DNA of 64,000 bases, from assembly GCA_964187785.1 (NCBI GenBank), contig OZ076409.1:89158001-89222000 (forward strand), read 5' to 3'. Origin of the DNA: Amphiscolops sp. MND2022 (Eukaryota). The notes beneath the pieces were generated by a model. That model worked only from the letters and a program-made list of their open reading frames with translations. It was not told where the DNA came from and did not search any database. Positions 28,218 to 43,200 of this stretch are shown here, one piece after another (the first letter of the stretch is position 1; each line of letters begins with the position of its first letter). The position numbers and the translations under genes were made by a program.

Positions 28218-31200
28218 ATGGCCGCTGCTACTGACCTTGTGGAGAACACAGAAATGACTTCTGCCAATGACGACGAATCACCGAGTGATCATTCGGAGTC
28301 ATTGTCGGAAACATCTTCTGAACCCTCAGTTCGGGCCAACCCCGCTTTTCAAAAGCTTCTGAAAAACCCTAATGACCTTCTACCATCCACGCCTTTTAAA
28401 CGCAAACTAGGCAACGATGCCGTTAACTCGCCCAAAGGCAGTTCTCTTAACTTATTCAATAGCGACAACACGAAGCGTGGGGTCGATAACAGCGGTAGTA
28501 TGGGATATAATGCCAATGTTGAAGTATTTATGAAGAGCACCCTTGTTAAATGGGTCAGCGCTGCTTTACAACATGTCTACAGTAATTCCTCAAGTTCACA
28601 TGGTTCTATAGACGCATACTCAACAGACAGTCCATTAACGTTCCAAGAATTGATCGATGGTGTTGCCTTAAATGACCTCATGTATGACATGTAAGTATAA
28701 CAACTCTTTATTTCCCCCATTTCCCGTTCTATTACTTTTATTTGAACAGCTATTTCAGTTGCTCTTGAGTTTTATAGTCATGAAAAATGTTCTTCGAGTT
28801 CTTGTAGATCTCTCAAATTGAGTTTTAGTATACTTAGTTTTGTATTTCTTCTGAAGTAGTTTGGGTGTAATCGTGCAAGGAAATTGCCCATTTTTGATTT
28901 CTTGAACGTGTAATAGGTTAGGTGTCTACGGAGCCATAGAAGTTGTCAAGTGTATGCTTGAAGCATTTAAGCCACCATTACCCCGTAAGGCAATGGTTCC
29001 ATGCGGTTATTGGGAACACCACATGGTTACAACTTCGTTGAAAATCGTGATTAAGCTACTAGTCATGGTCGGAGCCGAAAGTCTCTTACCGGGAATCCCT
29101 GTCTGTAACAAAACAATCAGTTGTTTCAATTTGTTCCTTGGTAAATTGTGTTTTCATTCAGTTTCTTTCGGAAGTTTCTCGAACGAGGAATATAGTGTGG
29201 AAACTAGTGTGTACCAGTTGGCTTACCGTTGAATTCGCAAAACAGGCGGTTTGAGTGTTCGATCAAAATCGAGTTCAGTAATTCAGTTCTGCTGAACTTT
29301 CTTAGTTATAACTGGCATCTCTCTGTAGCCAAACCCAAATTAACTAGCTGGCTACTAAAAATGTACTTCAAAATGCCAGTTGATGAAAGCAAAATAATTT
29401 TCTGCTGCGATTCTATGCTCTTTTTAGCGCGAATCCATAGGTCATTTAATGCTTCAATAAACATGCTTTTGTAAATATTATTTTGAAAAATGTTTTTAAT
29501 TCAGTTGATTGTATTGTTCTGATCAAGAGGTCAATTTTTGTGACCAAACTGAGAATGAAAAGCGTTCATTGTTTTAGCCACCCTTCGATTGCCTGCAAAG
29601 CTGGTATTCAAGCTCTTGTGGAAGATCAGCCATCTCTGCGACTGCAAAACCTCGCTTTGCTTCTTCGCAACATTAAAGATTATCATGCTGTGAGTATGAA
29701 ATCATCGAAGTTCAAACTGTGTAATCAAAACATTGATAAGTCCAATTTTTACTATGATTCAGTTCTGCTCACTTCAAATAATTTTGATTTAATGAAACCT
29801 CGAATCGTGTTGGAAACAGTTTTACATGCAGAAATAGAATAGAAAAAAGAAAGAGTTGACACTGCATTGTTTAGGCATGATTTGATGCGTTTGTTTTTTT
29901 TTTCAAATAGGCAATTTTCAAAATGTAATGAAGAATATGAACCTAATGATTATTTAGCCCTCATTTATCAAAATTTGAGTGAAAAACGAATGATCAGATG
30001 TTTGTGAGATCCCAATAAAGTATCTGAGCCTGTTTCAATGTCATTTTGAGTTCTTGCACTTGTCGATTATTGAAAAAATATATATTTAAAAAATATTTGA
30101 TAGTTCAAGTACTTGAAGATCCTATTTTGAGAATTCCTTTTTTGCCAGTCCTCCAATTAGGGTTTTGTTGGTTTTGAAGGCTGAAATCATGCTGCTAATT
30201 TTAACTAGTTTTCAGTGAAATAGTAAATTCAGCTAGTATGCCGGGTGTTCTTGTGATTTTCCAGACATTTCTAGAAACAAGCGTTTATGGCGAAATATTT
30301 GTTCAACTAGAGATCAAAGAAATTCTCAATGTATAGCGACATTCAGTTGCAGACCTCTGCATTGTTGACATTCTTACTGTCGTCGAGAGGTTCTAGGAAG
30401 TTATGACATGTGCTTTGACTGCAAGCAGTTGAGTCGATCGATCAGAGTGTCTTTGTTTAGCACCCTGTTATTGATTATTTAGATTAGGTGTTTTCAATTA
30501 ATGGCTCAATAGGTTGAAGTCTATACACTAAGGTTGGGCTCATGTACATTGTAACCTTGTCATGCAAATCAGTCTTGACTACTCTCAAAGTTCCTAATTC
30601 ATGCCGCTGGCTTAGGATGGGTGTGACTATTAGGCATTTCAAACGAAACTGCGCCTGAGAAAAATCAATTAATTGCTTCCAAAGAAGCGATATGTGACTT
30701 TGGATTAGAATTCAGAACTGAGTTTTTTCACTGATTGAAAGCCTACATTTTACTTTTCAGTGTTTATTTCCCTCAATTTATCCATTGCCTTGGGTGTTGA
30801 ATAGCAATTGAGTTGGTTGGAGTCCACAGATGCTTGTTGCATCATGCATGGCATGGAGGTATTCAATTTGCACGAATGGCCACTGGCTGATAAGCCGTAA
30901 ATTTGTTACCACTCGGCGACCATTGCTTCATAAGATTTCCTCTATAACTACCCGAGGAAATAGTTTGTCACGCATTAGTCATACAGGTATTGGAGCAAGA
31001 ATGAAGTCAATACCAGTTAGCTGCAATGGTAACTCGATGGTATGCTTTTTAGTCGAAATGGATGCATCATTGTTAATCCGTTCGATTCACGTGGCTTCTC
31101 GTATTACATAATAAAGTGAAGGAAAGTAATTGGAAAATTTTGGCAAGAAATAGCGGCTATCTTTTCATGTTTTCATCGAAGTCCCTGGAAGCACATTTTT

Positions 31201-34200
31201 GGAATTTTAGGATTGTCTAGAGAGTTTGTCTCCGTTTTCAATTAAATAGATGCCATTAAAAGAAAATATATACAACAAGGGCCCAATTAAGTAATTGCAT
31301 CCTGGTATGTATGCAGTGCTATCTTGCTTCCAAGTGAATGACTCGAAATTTTATGTACTTTCATGATTCTGTTTACGCAACCCATTCGCATAATTCAAGT
31401 GCATTTTTTGTTTCAGGAAATTGTTGGTGAAGTTTTGGTTGGTCGATTACCCGATGTTGCAACGATAGCGAGGGAACCAGGATCAGGTAAATGTGGTCTC
31501 ATCGTTCTAAAACTTTCTCGGGCTCTTTTTAAGTTCCTCCATCCCTAAATTTTGCCAGTTATCTACTACATTACATCAAATTATTACAGATGACAATGTA
31601 ACCTGTTGACATTACATTTGAAGCAACATTTTTATTGTTCACACCTCACTTGTTCATACTTCCGGTTTTCAAATTTGCGGAATTAATTTTTGAAACTCAA
31701 CAGCATTGTGTTCCAAGCATGAAGCAATTGAATCGCAGATAATTACTCATGCGAATTCATGTGGAGCCAGAAAAAAGTCGTAGATTTATTAGATGCTATC
31801 GCCATTTATTATCCTCTACAATATTTTTTTGTCTTAATATTTTTTGATTCAAAATATTTGGATTGAGCACTTCAAAAAAGCACTCCCCACCTTTTTCTAA
31901 AACGCTTCATGATGATGTTCTACTTATGCCCCTCTTTCCTGTTTTCCTTTTTCATTATTTTTCTCTTTTCTCTGCTCTAATTAAAATAGTGCCTGTGCTC
32001 ACTGAAACCACGAAGATATCATGCAGCAAGCTTTTGAGCCCATACTGTAGGGGGCAAAGTCGGGAACATTTTATGAAAGGTGTCGATTACGCTGCAAGCT
32101 GAAGAGCCCTTGCTGTGTCAATAACGGTCCCATCAGAATTAAACATGAAAACGTTTACAAGTGGAGGATAATTTATTTAAAAAAGAACAGCAAATCACAA
32201 ATTTTATTGATAATCTAGCAGGGCCAGAGTGTCGTATAAAAACGATTGTCTTCTCATTATACTCTGGTACTATTTGGTGTCAACTTGTTGTTGTTTCAGT
32301 GTTCAGTCTCGGTGAGATGAAACGCGTGTTGCAATTGCTGTTGGGTTGTGCAATGAAAAGTGAAGTGCATGTTCGTGAACGCCATGTGTCCATAATTCAA
32401 GCCATGTCAGAGAATGAGCAGCATGACATGCGACAGTATATAGAGGATGCCAAACACCAAATGGACACTATATCATTCACATCTGTCCAAGAGTTTGTGC
32501 ATCATGACTTCCAAGATGTCTTTCAACTTCTCATTGATGAACGATATGAGTTGTTTGAGGTATGTTAGAAATTCATCTGAAAGTTATTTTGAGAATACGG
32601 AAGTTTAAAATTGGTCATCAGTAAGATGTTAAAAGTTACTAGATATTGGTGTAAGTAAGCAGGGTTCGCATGTTTAAAACATGGTGTGTTTAAAACATGT
32701 TTTGAACAGAGTTTTAAACATGACAAAAACCTTCATTTTGTTCAATAGTTTTCATTTCGGTTATACATTTTTTTCAAGTTACTAAAATCGCAAGTAATCT
32801 TGAGCAATTTGGCGGAACATCAAGAAAATTGTCGATGCGCTTCTGGTTCTTATTCCAAGTTCGGCATCCTTGGGACGAATTTTCAACACCCTGGGCTTCG
32901 TAAATAAACTTCCTTTCTGTCTTCGCTTACTGCAGAAAACTCAGTTCTTAGGTCGTTTAGTGTTAGAAGTATTTGTGATAGGTCTATGGTTTTGAACATG
33001 TTTTAAACAAAAAATTTAAATGTTTTAAACGTTTTAAACACTATTTTTTTAAAATCGTGTTTTTTTCCGAACCCATGCCCTGTGTTACTTGTTGACAGTG
33101 ATCTACTTCGCATTCGATGAAACCCACTTTTTGGAGATCGTTTACGCCTATTAAGAAGAAATAAGATTGTAAATTTAACAATGCTAAAACTTTGAACAAA
33201 TTAGGAATCGGAATATCAATCGAGCATCTAAATCTAGTATATAACAACACTCTTTGAAGCATCATCTATAGTATGCTTCGTACCACATCGTACCAAATCC
33301 GGAACAACCCGAATCAAAGCGCCGTCCCGACTTTTTTTACACAAAGGCTTGATTTCTTTTTTTTTAATTTACAGTCCTAAATAACTCATTGAGGGCTGTT
33401 TTTGCGTTTGAAATATCATGATTTTGAAGAAATGAAAAAGATGAAATTTTGTGGAAATGAATATTTAAATTTTGTCGGTGAATGAGTTCCGATGGTCAGT
33501 TGGCACTTTGCAGTGGAAAAGAAACAAACTTGAAGTAACTGGTCTTTTCCCAGTTCAAAAGCGTCAGCTTGGAATTGGCTTGTCATGATCGTTTTCTGTT
33601 TTGTTGCAGGCTTGCAACCAGCAGGCAGTGGAACAATTATCGATTTCTGGTGCTGCGACCATTGGTCCGGATGGTGTCGAAAACGGGTCTCCATCTCAGG
33701 GGAACCAGAACTCGCAACAGTTCAATGGGCCTGGAGGTCTGCGCAAAAGAGGCTCTTATCACTCAAGGCAAGGATCCAATTTCAGCGAGATGCAACAACT
33801 TAACCTTCAAGTGGCCGATCTCAAAAACAAACTGACCAACCAAGACAGCGAAATGTGAGTTGATTCCACGAAATTCCATGTCAATTTAATGATATCCAAG
33901 TATATCGTTTTAAAACACCTAGTTTTTCAATAGCGATTGCGGTTCAGAGTCGAAAAATGTAGGATCGAAAAGATAGCAAGCTTATCTAGAATCGAATTTT
34001 TACTTGATTTCATTTAGCATCAAAATTTCATTTATAGTGCCCTGAAAACAGGAGGGCCCTGGGAGGTTGAAATGGAGGGAGGAAGTTCTAGTCATGCAAC
34101 CAATTTTGATTGCTAAATTTCTGTTGAAATTATCATTTTCCACCCTGTATAATTCGACTCTTCAGGGCAACTCTTTGAATATCCATCACGTTGATATTTT

Positions 34201-37200
34201 TCGTGTCTTTCCACTATTTGTTTGTAGATATACATATTTTGTAGATCTTTGTATATGAACATATCTGGTTAAATATATCCTTAATCTTAATCTTCTCTTT
34301 TAATTGGTAAACTCACGAGAAAATCTTTTGACGACATTTATGTTTGCCCATAACTTCCCAATTATTTTTCACGAAGGGTGGTCATGTCCTATCTATAAAT
34401 TATTGTGCGAAATAGTTGGAAGTCATTGGCGGAAATAAATGTCGATAAGGGAATTTCCCGTGAGTGATAATTAGAAACATCAACTCGTAATTAAACTTCT
34501 CACCGGAGTAAAGTCTTGTTTCAAAGCGTAATTTCCGTCAAAGCGTAATTAATTTTGTACGCTGAGCTTAGTACATGTACATCAAAGGAGACCTTTCTTC
34601 ACACGTAATGATATTAAATTGTCATCGATTTCATTTTCAGTTGAGTGAAATTTTGGCCCAAGTCATGTTGAGTGTTAGAATTGTGCAACGTTTAGATGAA
34701 GCATATAACATCATTAAACCTTTACAATCTGCTTCTCTTTCAAGAATCCGCAAAGACGAAGAACTTGAGACGTACAGTGTGGAAAATTCCAACCTTGCCA
34801 AAGAGAACAAGCGACTGAAAGATCAGTTGAACGAAGCCGAAAGAGAGGCCAGAAATGCCCGCAGTCTCCGCGATGAGCTGGACATATTTCGAGAGAAAGC
34901 TACGAAAGCAGACCGCGTGGAAGCTGAGTTAGATCTTGCCAAACACAAACTAGAGGAGCTGGAGTATTACAGACAGCGACTGGAGGTGAGTTGTTCATTA
35001 TTCTCATGACTTTTCGAGTCATGCCTTTTTTTCAAATTTTAAATTTAGCCTTTTTATAAAGTCACGTGTTTAAAATTGAGAATCTTCTCTGTTCCCTCAC
35101 ACTGTGATTTTTTTTCAATTGAAAATTTCAAAAATGGTTTCAAACTGGCCTGATTAGAAATCTGTTCCGCAACAAGAAGTTAATTTCTAATGGAGTAGTT
35201 TTTCGTTTGAACACAGCATTTTTCACACATTTTGACTGTGATTAACTTCCTGTTACGGAAAAAAATCACCTTCATTCGGCCAGTTTGAACGATTCTTGTA
35301 AATTTCCCTCAAAAATTTCGACGGTGGGGGAAAACAGAAGAGCGAAATTTGGGATTTTAGAAAACTAATGAAGACACAATGGATTGTAATTTTTATTCAT
35401 TTTAATTTTCTTTCTATTTATTTTATTTTTTTTTTCATTTATTTTAAAATTTTTACTCCTTTGTTGTTTACATTTTAGCGAGTTTTAAAATTCGCAGTTT
35501 TCTAATATGTTACTTTTTCAGCAATCAAACAAAGACTACAAGATGCTAGAAGAGACAAAGGCGAAGGTCGAGAATCACATGCATGCTTTAGAACGTCAGG
35601 TCGAATTGTTGCACGAGACGCAAAGGGAAAACATTTCCCTGCAGTCTATGTTGTCCAACTTGGAAAACCAATTAGAAGAGAAAGAGTCCCTCGTCGAATC
35701 TTTGAAGAAAGAAAATCAGACCCTTGCCCTCCAAAGTACTGCTTCCCTCAATGAAAGTGCCAATCTTCACCAACAACTTGCTAATGCCAATTTTTCAAGA
35801 GGTAACTTTTTGGTTTTGACGTTGAACGTTTTTTTTAGGTGTCGAAATTTTTTCCCCCGGCCTTTCAATGAAAATTTCAAATTTCTCAAAAATTGTCCGT
35901 TTTATAAAATGTAGCAGTCATTCTACACCCAAAGGCGCTCCTGTGTGCGCAATGGCATCAAAATTGTATGACTGGGATCTGAGAAACATAGTCAAAATTA
36001 GCCCAAAATGATCAAATGACAAAGTAGGTACTTTGTTTTTCAATATTTTAATCCATTTCCGTCTCCTTTAACGCACATGCAGCTCTGGTTTTTAGTAGCG
36101 GAGATGTGCATGGATAAGATACTGGTGTTACTGTCGTGTTAATGCAGATTACGAATGGACCCAGTAGTCGAGTGATGAAGAGAACTTTTTCTCTGGCGAT
36201 TCCTCTTTTAATGAACTGATTTTTTAAAATCATGATTTCAAAACGAGCTGATCGCTTGTATTGTAAATTTTGAGCAAAGTTGTAGTTGCCTATATTAAAG
36301 GTAGCTTCAGTTCATGGTTTCCCGATAGCTTCCATATGTACCGCCAGTTTCAGTAGTCACAAGTACGTTTTCGTTTCCTAACATTCGAGCCCTGTATGAT
36401 TTTTAAATCGAAGCTGCCTATCAATCTTAATATAATAATTAAGAATGAGAGAAGTTGTAAGCTTTGGTTTAATTACAACAGCTTTACCGAAGAACTCAAA
36501 GAATGGTGTTTCGGACCCTTACCCAACATACCCGAGAATGCGACCATCAATTCTTAGTATCGAAGAAGATGATTTGGAGCCTGAAGTTTTGGGCGATTAT
36601 CTCTTAAATTCTCCAGATTTTGATCATCGTGCAATTGCAAGATACTTGCAACACACATCTGATTCCATATGCAGTGAATCGGGTGCTTCTGTTTCTACTA
36701 GTGAGTTTTAGGGTACTCAAGATACGCTCTGAATGACATCATTTACACTCATTCTGGATACACTTGATAACCTACCGTTATCTCAAACCCCCTCTTGTGC
36801 CACTTTCACAATAGTAGTTTGTTTTTATGTCTAGTAAACCGACCAAGGGGTGGTGTTTGAAAATTTCCAAAATTTTGCATAGTCCCGGATTAGAACCGGG
36901 GACCTCAGGCATGAAAATCAATGAATCTAACCACTATGCCACGAGACCATTTCAACCAGTACATGCAGGTTCTATATATAACGATCATTCATTCTTTTCG
37001 TAAAAGCTATCTGAGACAGTTGACCCTAAAGTAACATGAACGGGACTCAAGTGACTTGGGTAGTGCTTTTGACCTTCACATTTATTGTTGCCATTCTTAC
37101 AACTCCAATATTATTAATTACTAGTTCTGAAAACGAAACAACCAATAACAGTGGGAACAACACAGGCTCTTGTCCAGACGAATTTAAGGGTTATTGCATG

Positions 37201-40200
37201 AATGGTGGTTACTGCTATTACCTAGAAGAGCAACAAACAGTCGCGTGTGAATGTCCGGAACTTTATGGTGGAAAAAGGTGTGAAAAGTTTCTATGGTTTA
37301 CTTGAAAATGCACGTGGAAAATGTTTACATCAAATGCTCAATTGAACATTTGAAAAGACTCGAAGAACAACGCTCACTTTCAGCAACAATTTATACAAGA
37401 GATGAAAAATTAATATTTCGTAACTACGTTTTGGCATTATGTCACGAAATGGCACCTTCAGGCAAGATTAATCAGCTCCAACCGAAAATTATCATACCAC
37501 GGATCAATCAAGTCTACAAAAAGTCAAAAGTATACAGACTAGCCATGGTTATCCACGAATCTACTCGATTGATTGCCGGAAATTATGAACGAGTCTGGGC
37601 AGGTCGCGCTTTCGAAGATTGTCTTCACAGGTATCATCACCCAAACAGAATCCAATGTTTCCTATTGGCTTTGAAATTCAAACATTCATTTGCTGATGAA
37701 TTCAGTTACCTCAAATGTTAACTTCATTTTGTATTAACTGTTTCGGAAAGATAGTTGACAATGACACTCCTCATCCTGGACCGTTTCTGGAATTCTTCAA
37801 ACATCGAAACTACTCTAGTGAAATTACCTTCAGTTTTGAACACAGAGAAGAAACAGGAAGCATTTTGCCTTTATTATGACAACAACAGCTTGCTCCAATT
37901 GCTCGTTGTCTTGATTATCCTCAAATATCTCTTTTCAGCATTCATGCAAATGCGACAGTATTAATTCTTATTGGTTCCCATCAAATTGTGTCATACAATT
38001 GAAAAATCAATCATTCTGACATAAAACTTCCCGCTGATCACTCGCTCAAATGTTAAACTCTGATTTCTTAGTTGTAGACATTGAAGGTTTCCGTCACAAA
38101 TCTCAACAATTTATACCCAAAGAGATTTCTGTTAGAGGCGCCAACTATCAAGACACTATTCTTTTGCAACCGCCGGTGAAATTTTCTCTATTAGCAGAAG
38201 AAAATAAAAAGACTTACGCCTGGTTAACAGACAACCTACACGGCATTGTTTGGGAAGCTGGGAGTTACGATCACATTCATTTTCAATTTCTTCAACGCGC
38301 TCAAACTTAGATTTCCAAACAGTACCGTTTTCACAAAAGGTACCGAGAAGTGCATTTTCTTGAGAAATTTCTTTTTCAGTGTGATAGACTTGGACACTCT
38401 TGGTTGCCCCAAAGCATCTCAGTTTAGCTATTGTTCAACAAAAGTTTGTCCGAATCATCAAAAGTCTTACAAACTGAATCACTGTGCTCGAGAAAAAGTG
38501 TCACTTTTCTACAACTGGTTGTTCAATTATTTTCAAAATTCCTATCATGAATGCAGTCGATGCAACAGCCAAAGAGCACAACCTACAGCTAACCCTATCC
38601 CCGAATTTGAGCCTCTCAGTTACAACAACCTCGGAGGCAACACGTGACGCTGAAACCAGGATAAAATTAGTCAAAGATGAATTCAAGCAGGTTGGCAGTC
38701 ACAAACTTTTGAGAAAGGGTGTTATACAGTTGACTGCATCCGAGTATTCACAATTAAAATCAAGTTTCGAAACCATTGACAGTTTCATTACTTTTGTAAA
38801 CCAAAATGCCAAGCAAACGACTACAGGATCTGATGGAGGCCCGCAATATCAAACCGCTCAAGATGCCACCAAAGTATTCTCGTCCCATCAAACTTGACGG
38901 CATCGAGGATCCAAAGGTACCAAGACAAATTGCAGAGGAATTGGCCAAGCGCAACGATGTGTTGGAGGTTGTCTACTTTCCACCAGCACAAACAAAAGTC
39001 AAGGGCGAGTACCGAATAAAACTCAAGTCTAGTGATGAATTTAACATTTTCATATTTTATACTGCTACATAATAGTCGTGTTTGTTATCAATTCATTTTT
39101 CACAATCAAAAACATTTTCAAGTATGACTGAGGTAGTTATCGATGAAGATGATGGCATAGGTACTATGGAATCAAACGAAGAAGACAGCGTGAGGTCATT
39201 GTGGAAGTTTTGCAATTCAATCACTTTACCAAGATCAGAGGTTGTCTTTTTTACTCAGGCAACACTAATTTTCATTCTTGTAATTGCTAGTTTGTTGAAA
39301 CTTACTCTAGACAGACCGCCATGTGAAGAAATGTCAGTGTGGTTTTCACTATTATTTGGAGCAGTTGGTTACATTCTACCTAATCCTAAACTATGAACAA
39401 GATCATTTTCACCAATGATCGTCTATTCATGGCTCTGGTTGGTCCTGGGGGCTCGGGTAAAACTCGTCTCATTTATTCGATGCTTGCCTCACCTTCAACA
39501 TTTTATCCACCCATCGAAAAAACTTTTTACTTTTACAAGGAATATCAACCGCTTTTCCAAGAAATGTCTGAAAGATTAAACATTGAATTTATTCCATGTT
39601 TGGACTTTGAAATGATCAAAAACTTGGAAAATTGTTTGTTAGTTTTCGACGATTCTTGTGAGGAAATTTACCAAGAACAAGCGTTTGTCAAACTTGCAGT
39701 TGCCGGTAGACACAGGAAACTCCATTGCATTTTCGTCAAACACAACTTATTCCATCAAAGCAAGTGGTCGCGTACAATTGATTTAAACACAACACATGTT
39801 ATTTTATTCAAATCACCACGAGACTTACAGCAAATTGATCATTTCGGAAGACAATTAAAACAATTAGATTTTATTCGAGAAGCTTATCAGAGGGCCACGA
39901 CAAGACCATTCGGACATTTACTTATTGATTTCGATCCAAAAACAAGTGACGTCTTACGTTTTTGCTCGAACATTGTCGCTCCTCACCCGACTACCTTTTA
40001 TATTCCATCATCCACTGCAAAGGAAACGCTTCTAACAAATGAGCGAGAAAAAATTGCATATACTGAAGCACTGGCAAGAAAACAAAAAGAGGAAAGGCAT
40101 TTCTCGCGTTATACATGATTGCGACAAGGAACAAATCAAATTTCTCTGTGAGTGTGCGTTGAACATCATCAATGGAAACATACCAATGAAGGTCAACAAA

Positions 40201-43200
40201 TTGATGCCATTCGAGCAACAATTGAAAATTTTATGTCAACCGAAAACATCTGACCGCAGACGACGACAAATTTTGTCATCCATCAAAGGCTATAAACTAT
40301 TCAAGCTGATCATTCGTCCCTGCATTTGCTATTTATCAGCAGAATGAGTGCTCAAGAATTTATACTAATACCAAAAGAAAATTACATCAAGAATCAACCA
40401 AAAGCGTCCGAAATTCTGGACGATCCAACAATTACAGCAAAAAGTCAACAACTTACGTTATTACAACGAGTTCCCGAAAAAAAGGAGCCCGAGAAGGAAA
40501 AAACGTCTGAAGAGAAGAAAGCCCCAGAGACACGAGAAGATATCCAGAAAAGGGTACTCCGCTCAATCACAATGCTCAATCCTCATCAAACTGAAAAGTC
40601 CAAGTCCATTTTGAAAGAATTGCAAGGTAGTTCTGACGTTTCGATAAACGACGAAGGTCTTATAGAGATTAACAATACTCCCACAGCCATTGATGCGTCA
40701 AACTTCCTTTTCACGTTGCAGCAACCAACAAAGAAACTTTATCACCCAGATTACAAACGAATTTTGGACAAAATTAAACTTTCACCAGATCTAGTACCAA
40801 ACTCGGAAGCTAAAGAGATTGTAAAACCAAAAGTTGTCAAGACCAAGTTTGTCACAACACCAAAAACAAAAAGCAGCGGAAAGACACCAAAGAGACCCCG
40901 CAAGAAAGATGACCAGCAACCTGGCCCAAGTTTTGAAAGTCAAGAAGATGGCTCGAAGGATTGGGAAACTCTCAGCAACTGATCAAGCAAAGTTGGAAAA
41001 AATGTACACGAGTGGACCTGCTGCTTACGGGAGCGCGAGAAATTTGCAAGCGACCAGCAAAATGCCAAAAGCAAAAATTGACACTTTTTTGCAACAAAAA
41101 GATGCCCATACAAAATACCGACAAATTCAGCGTAAATTTCCTCGCCTTAAAGTTATTGCTTACGAAATTAACGAAATTTGGTCAATAGATGTCGCCTATG
41201 TGGACAAGTTGGCAAAATATAACAATGGAGTCAAGTATTTACTGGTTGCAGTGGATGTGTTATCAAGATTTTTACGTGTTGTACCAATGCGATCAAAAAG
41301 TGCTCCTGACGCTGCTAAAGCATTCGAAAAGATGATTGAGAAAGTGCAACCACAGAAAGTTTGGTCAGACAAGGGAACCGAATTCAAAGGAGCATTCAAA
41401 AATCTTTGCGATAAGAGAGGAATAGCAACATACACAACTGCCAGCGAAACAAAGTCAGCTTTTGCAGAGAGAAACATTCGTTCACTCAAAAATATCATGT
41501 ACAAGCACATGGAAAACAAATGGACATATCATTACATCAGCAAGCTATCTCAATTTGTCAGCACAATCAACTCACGCGTCAATCGTGTAACAAAGTTGGC
41601 CCCAAACAAAGTTACAAAGAAGCACGAGCCACATTTACGATCTCTAGCTGCAGAGCAGTCGAGCAAATTTGTCAAAAAACCAAAGTTTAGTCTCCGTGAT
41701 AAAGTTCGGATAGCCAAACAAGATTTACCCTTCAAAAAGGGATATAAACAAAGTTTCACGGACGAATTATTTACAATAATAAAAATTTCAACGTTCAACC
41801 CTCCAACATACAATTTGAGAGACGAGAGTGGTGATACAATCAACGGAAAATTTTACGAACCCGAACTTGTGAAGGTCAATGGACGAATTTGACATTTACC
41901 TGGAATCAGCAGGTTCCATGAATATATACAGCGGCAACACAATGGCAGCGTTTCGTAACCTCTTGGCGCACCCAATTCACTTGGAAGGTGACTGGCGGGT
42001 AGCGCTTGCCGAAATCATTTTCCCTACCAGCATCAAAAACATTACTACAACTGACTTTTTCATTTACACACCCAAAACACCATATGACAGCACTCCTGTC
42101 CCAAGTAGTGAAGGCGGTGTAGTTATCAAACGAGAGGATTGGTCAGATAATGCTAAATTTGAAGCTGGAGAGTATCAGACAATCAGCAGCATTCTGGAGC
42201 AACTAGACAAGGCAACTGAAACCAAAAAGCCATTAAACTCTGCAGATTATGTGGAGGATAGCATTGAAATTAGTTTTAAAAGCAGATATGGAATAAGTGT
42301 CAGAGATCGCAGCCTTTTTGATGTTTTGGGTATCCAGGGGGTGCCTGATACAAATCGAGGAGGCTATTACATAGGAACGAACTACAAAGTCGCCAATATG
42401 CAACAACCAATCAAAAACACTTATCCGCCAGATCTTACAGTGGGAACCAACATGTTTTTCGTCAATACAAACATCATTGAACATCAACATGTTGCTGGAG
42501 TAAAGTCGCCTCTTTTGCGAATTATCGAAAACACTAAACAAGTTCAAGACGGGAAACTTTTAAACACTTCAACAACAGCCCATAAAGTTTTCACTGAGCT
42601 ACAGTTCAAGAAGCTCATTACAAGTACAATTGAAGAAATTCAAATTGAATTGATGTCCATTACTGGACAGAAAGTTCCTTTCGTTGGTACCGGTCTAGTA
42701 GCTCTCACACTCAAGTTTCGGAAGTTTCAATAAATGGAACAATACTACGCCCAACAGGCACAACTACCCCATTTCTCAGGACCTGCAAGACAACGTGGAA
42801 GTGGTTTCGGGTCATTAGCAGCTGGTGTTGGACGAGTAGCTTTACCATTTGCCAAAAGGTTTTTGCTTCCCGCTGTCAAGTCAATTGGCAAAGAATTCTT
42901 ATCACAAAGCATACCCGAGTTGCTCGACGTGGCATCAAAAAAGAAGACACCAAAGCAAGCAGTCCGATCAGCAGTCCGTAAAACTGTAAAGAAACAATTG
43001 GGTGGATCTAAAAGAAGGAGAAGAGGCAAACGATTCATTCGACGTAAAAAGTTCACACGAAGAAGTCGGTCAGATTTTTTCTCTAGAGTCAAGAATGTTG
43101 ATTAACAGTAACGCTTTACCAATCGAAACCTCACACACTTCGCTCGATATTTTCGAAAGGCCTCAACTACTAGTTAATTTTGACGGGTCTTTTGAGCAGA

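Noticed and set aside
32660..33080. Possible hAT-like MITE (cagggttcg...cgaaccc, TTTAAAACATG repeats)
   Set aside because: TIR imperfect and no convincing TSD seen; not enough support to call.
36877..36948. Functional tRNA-Glu gene
   Set aside because: Acceptor and anticodon stems cannot pair; kept only as a tRNA-like Pol III unit.
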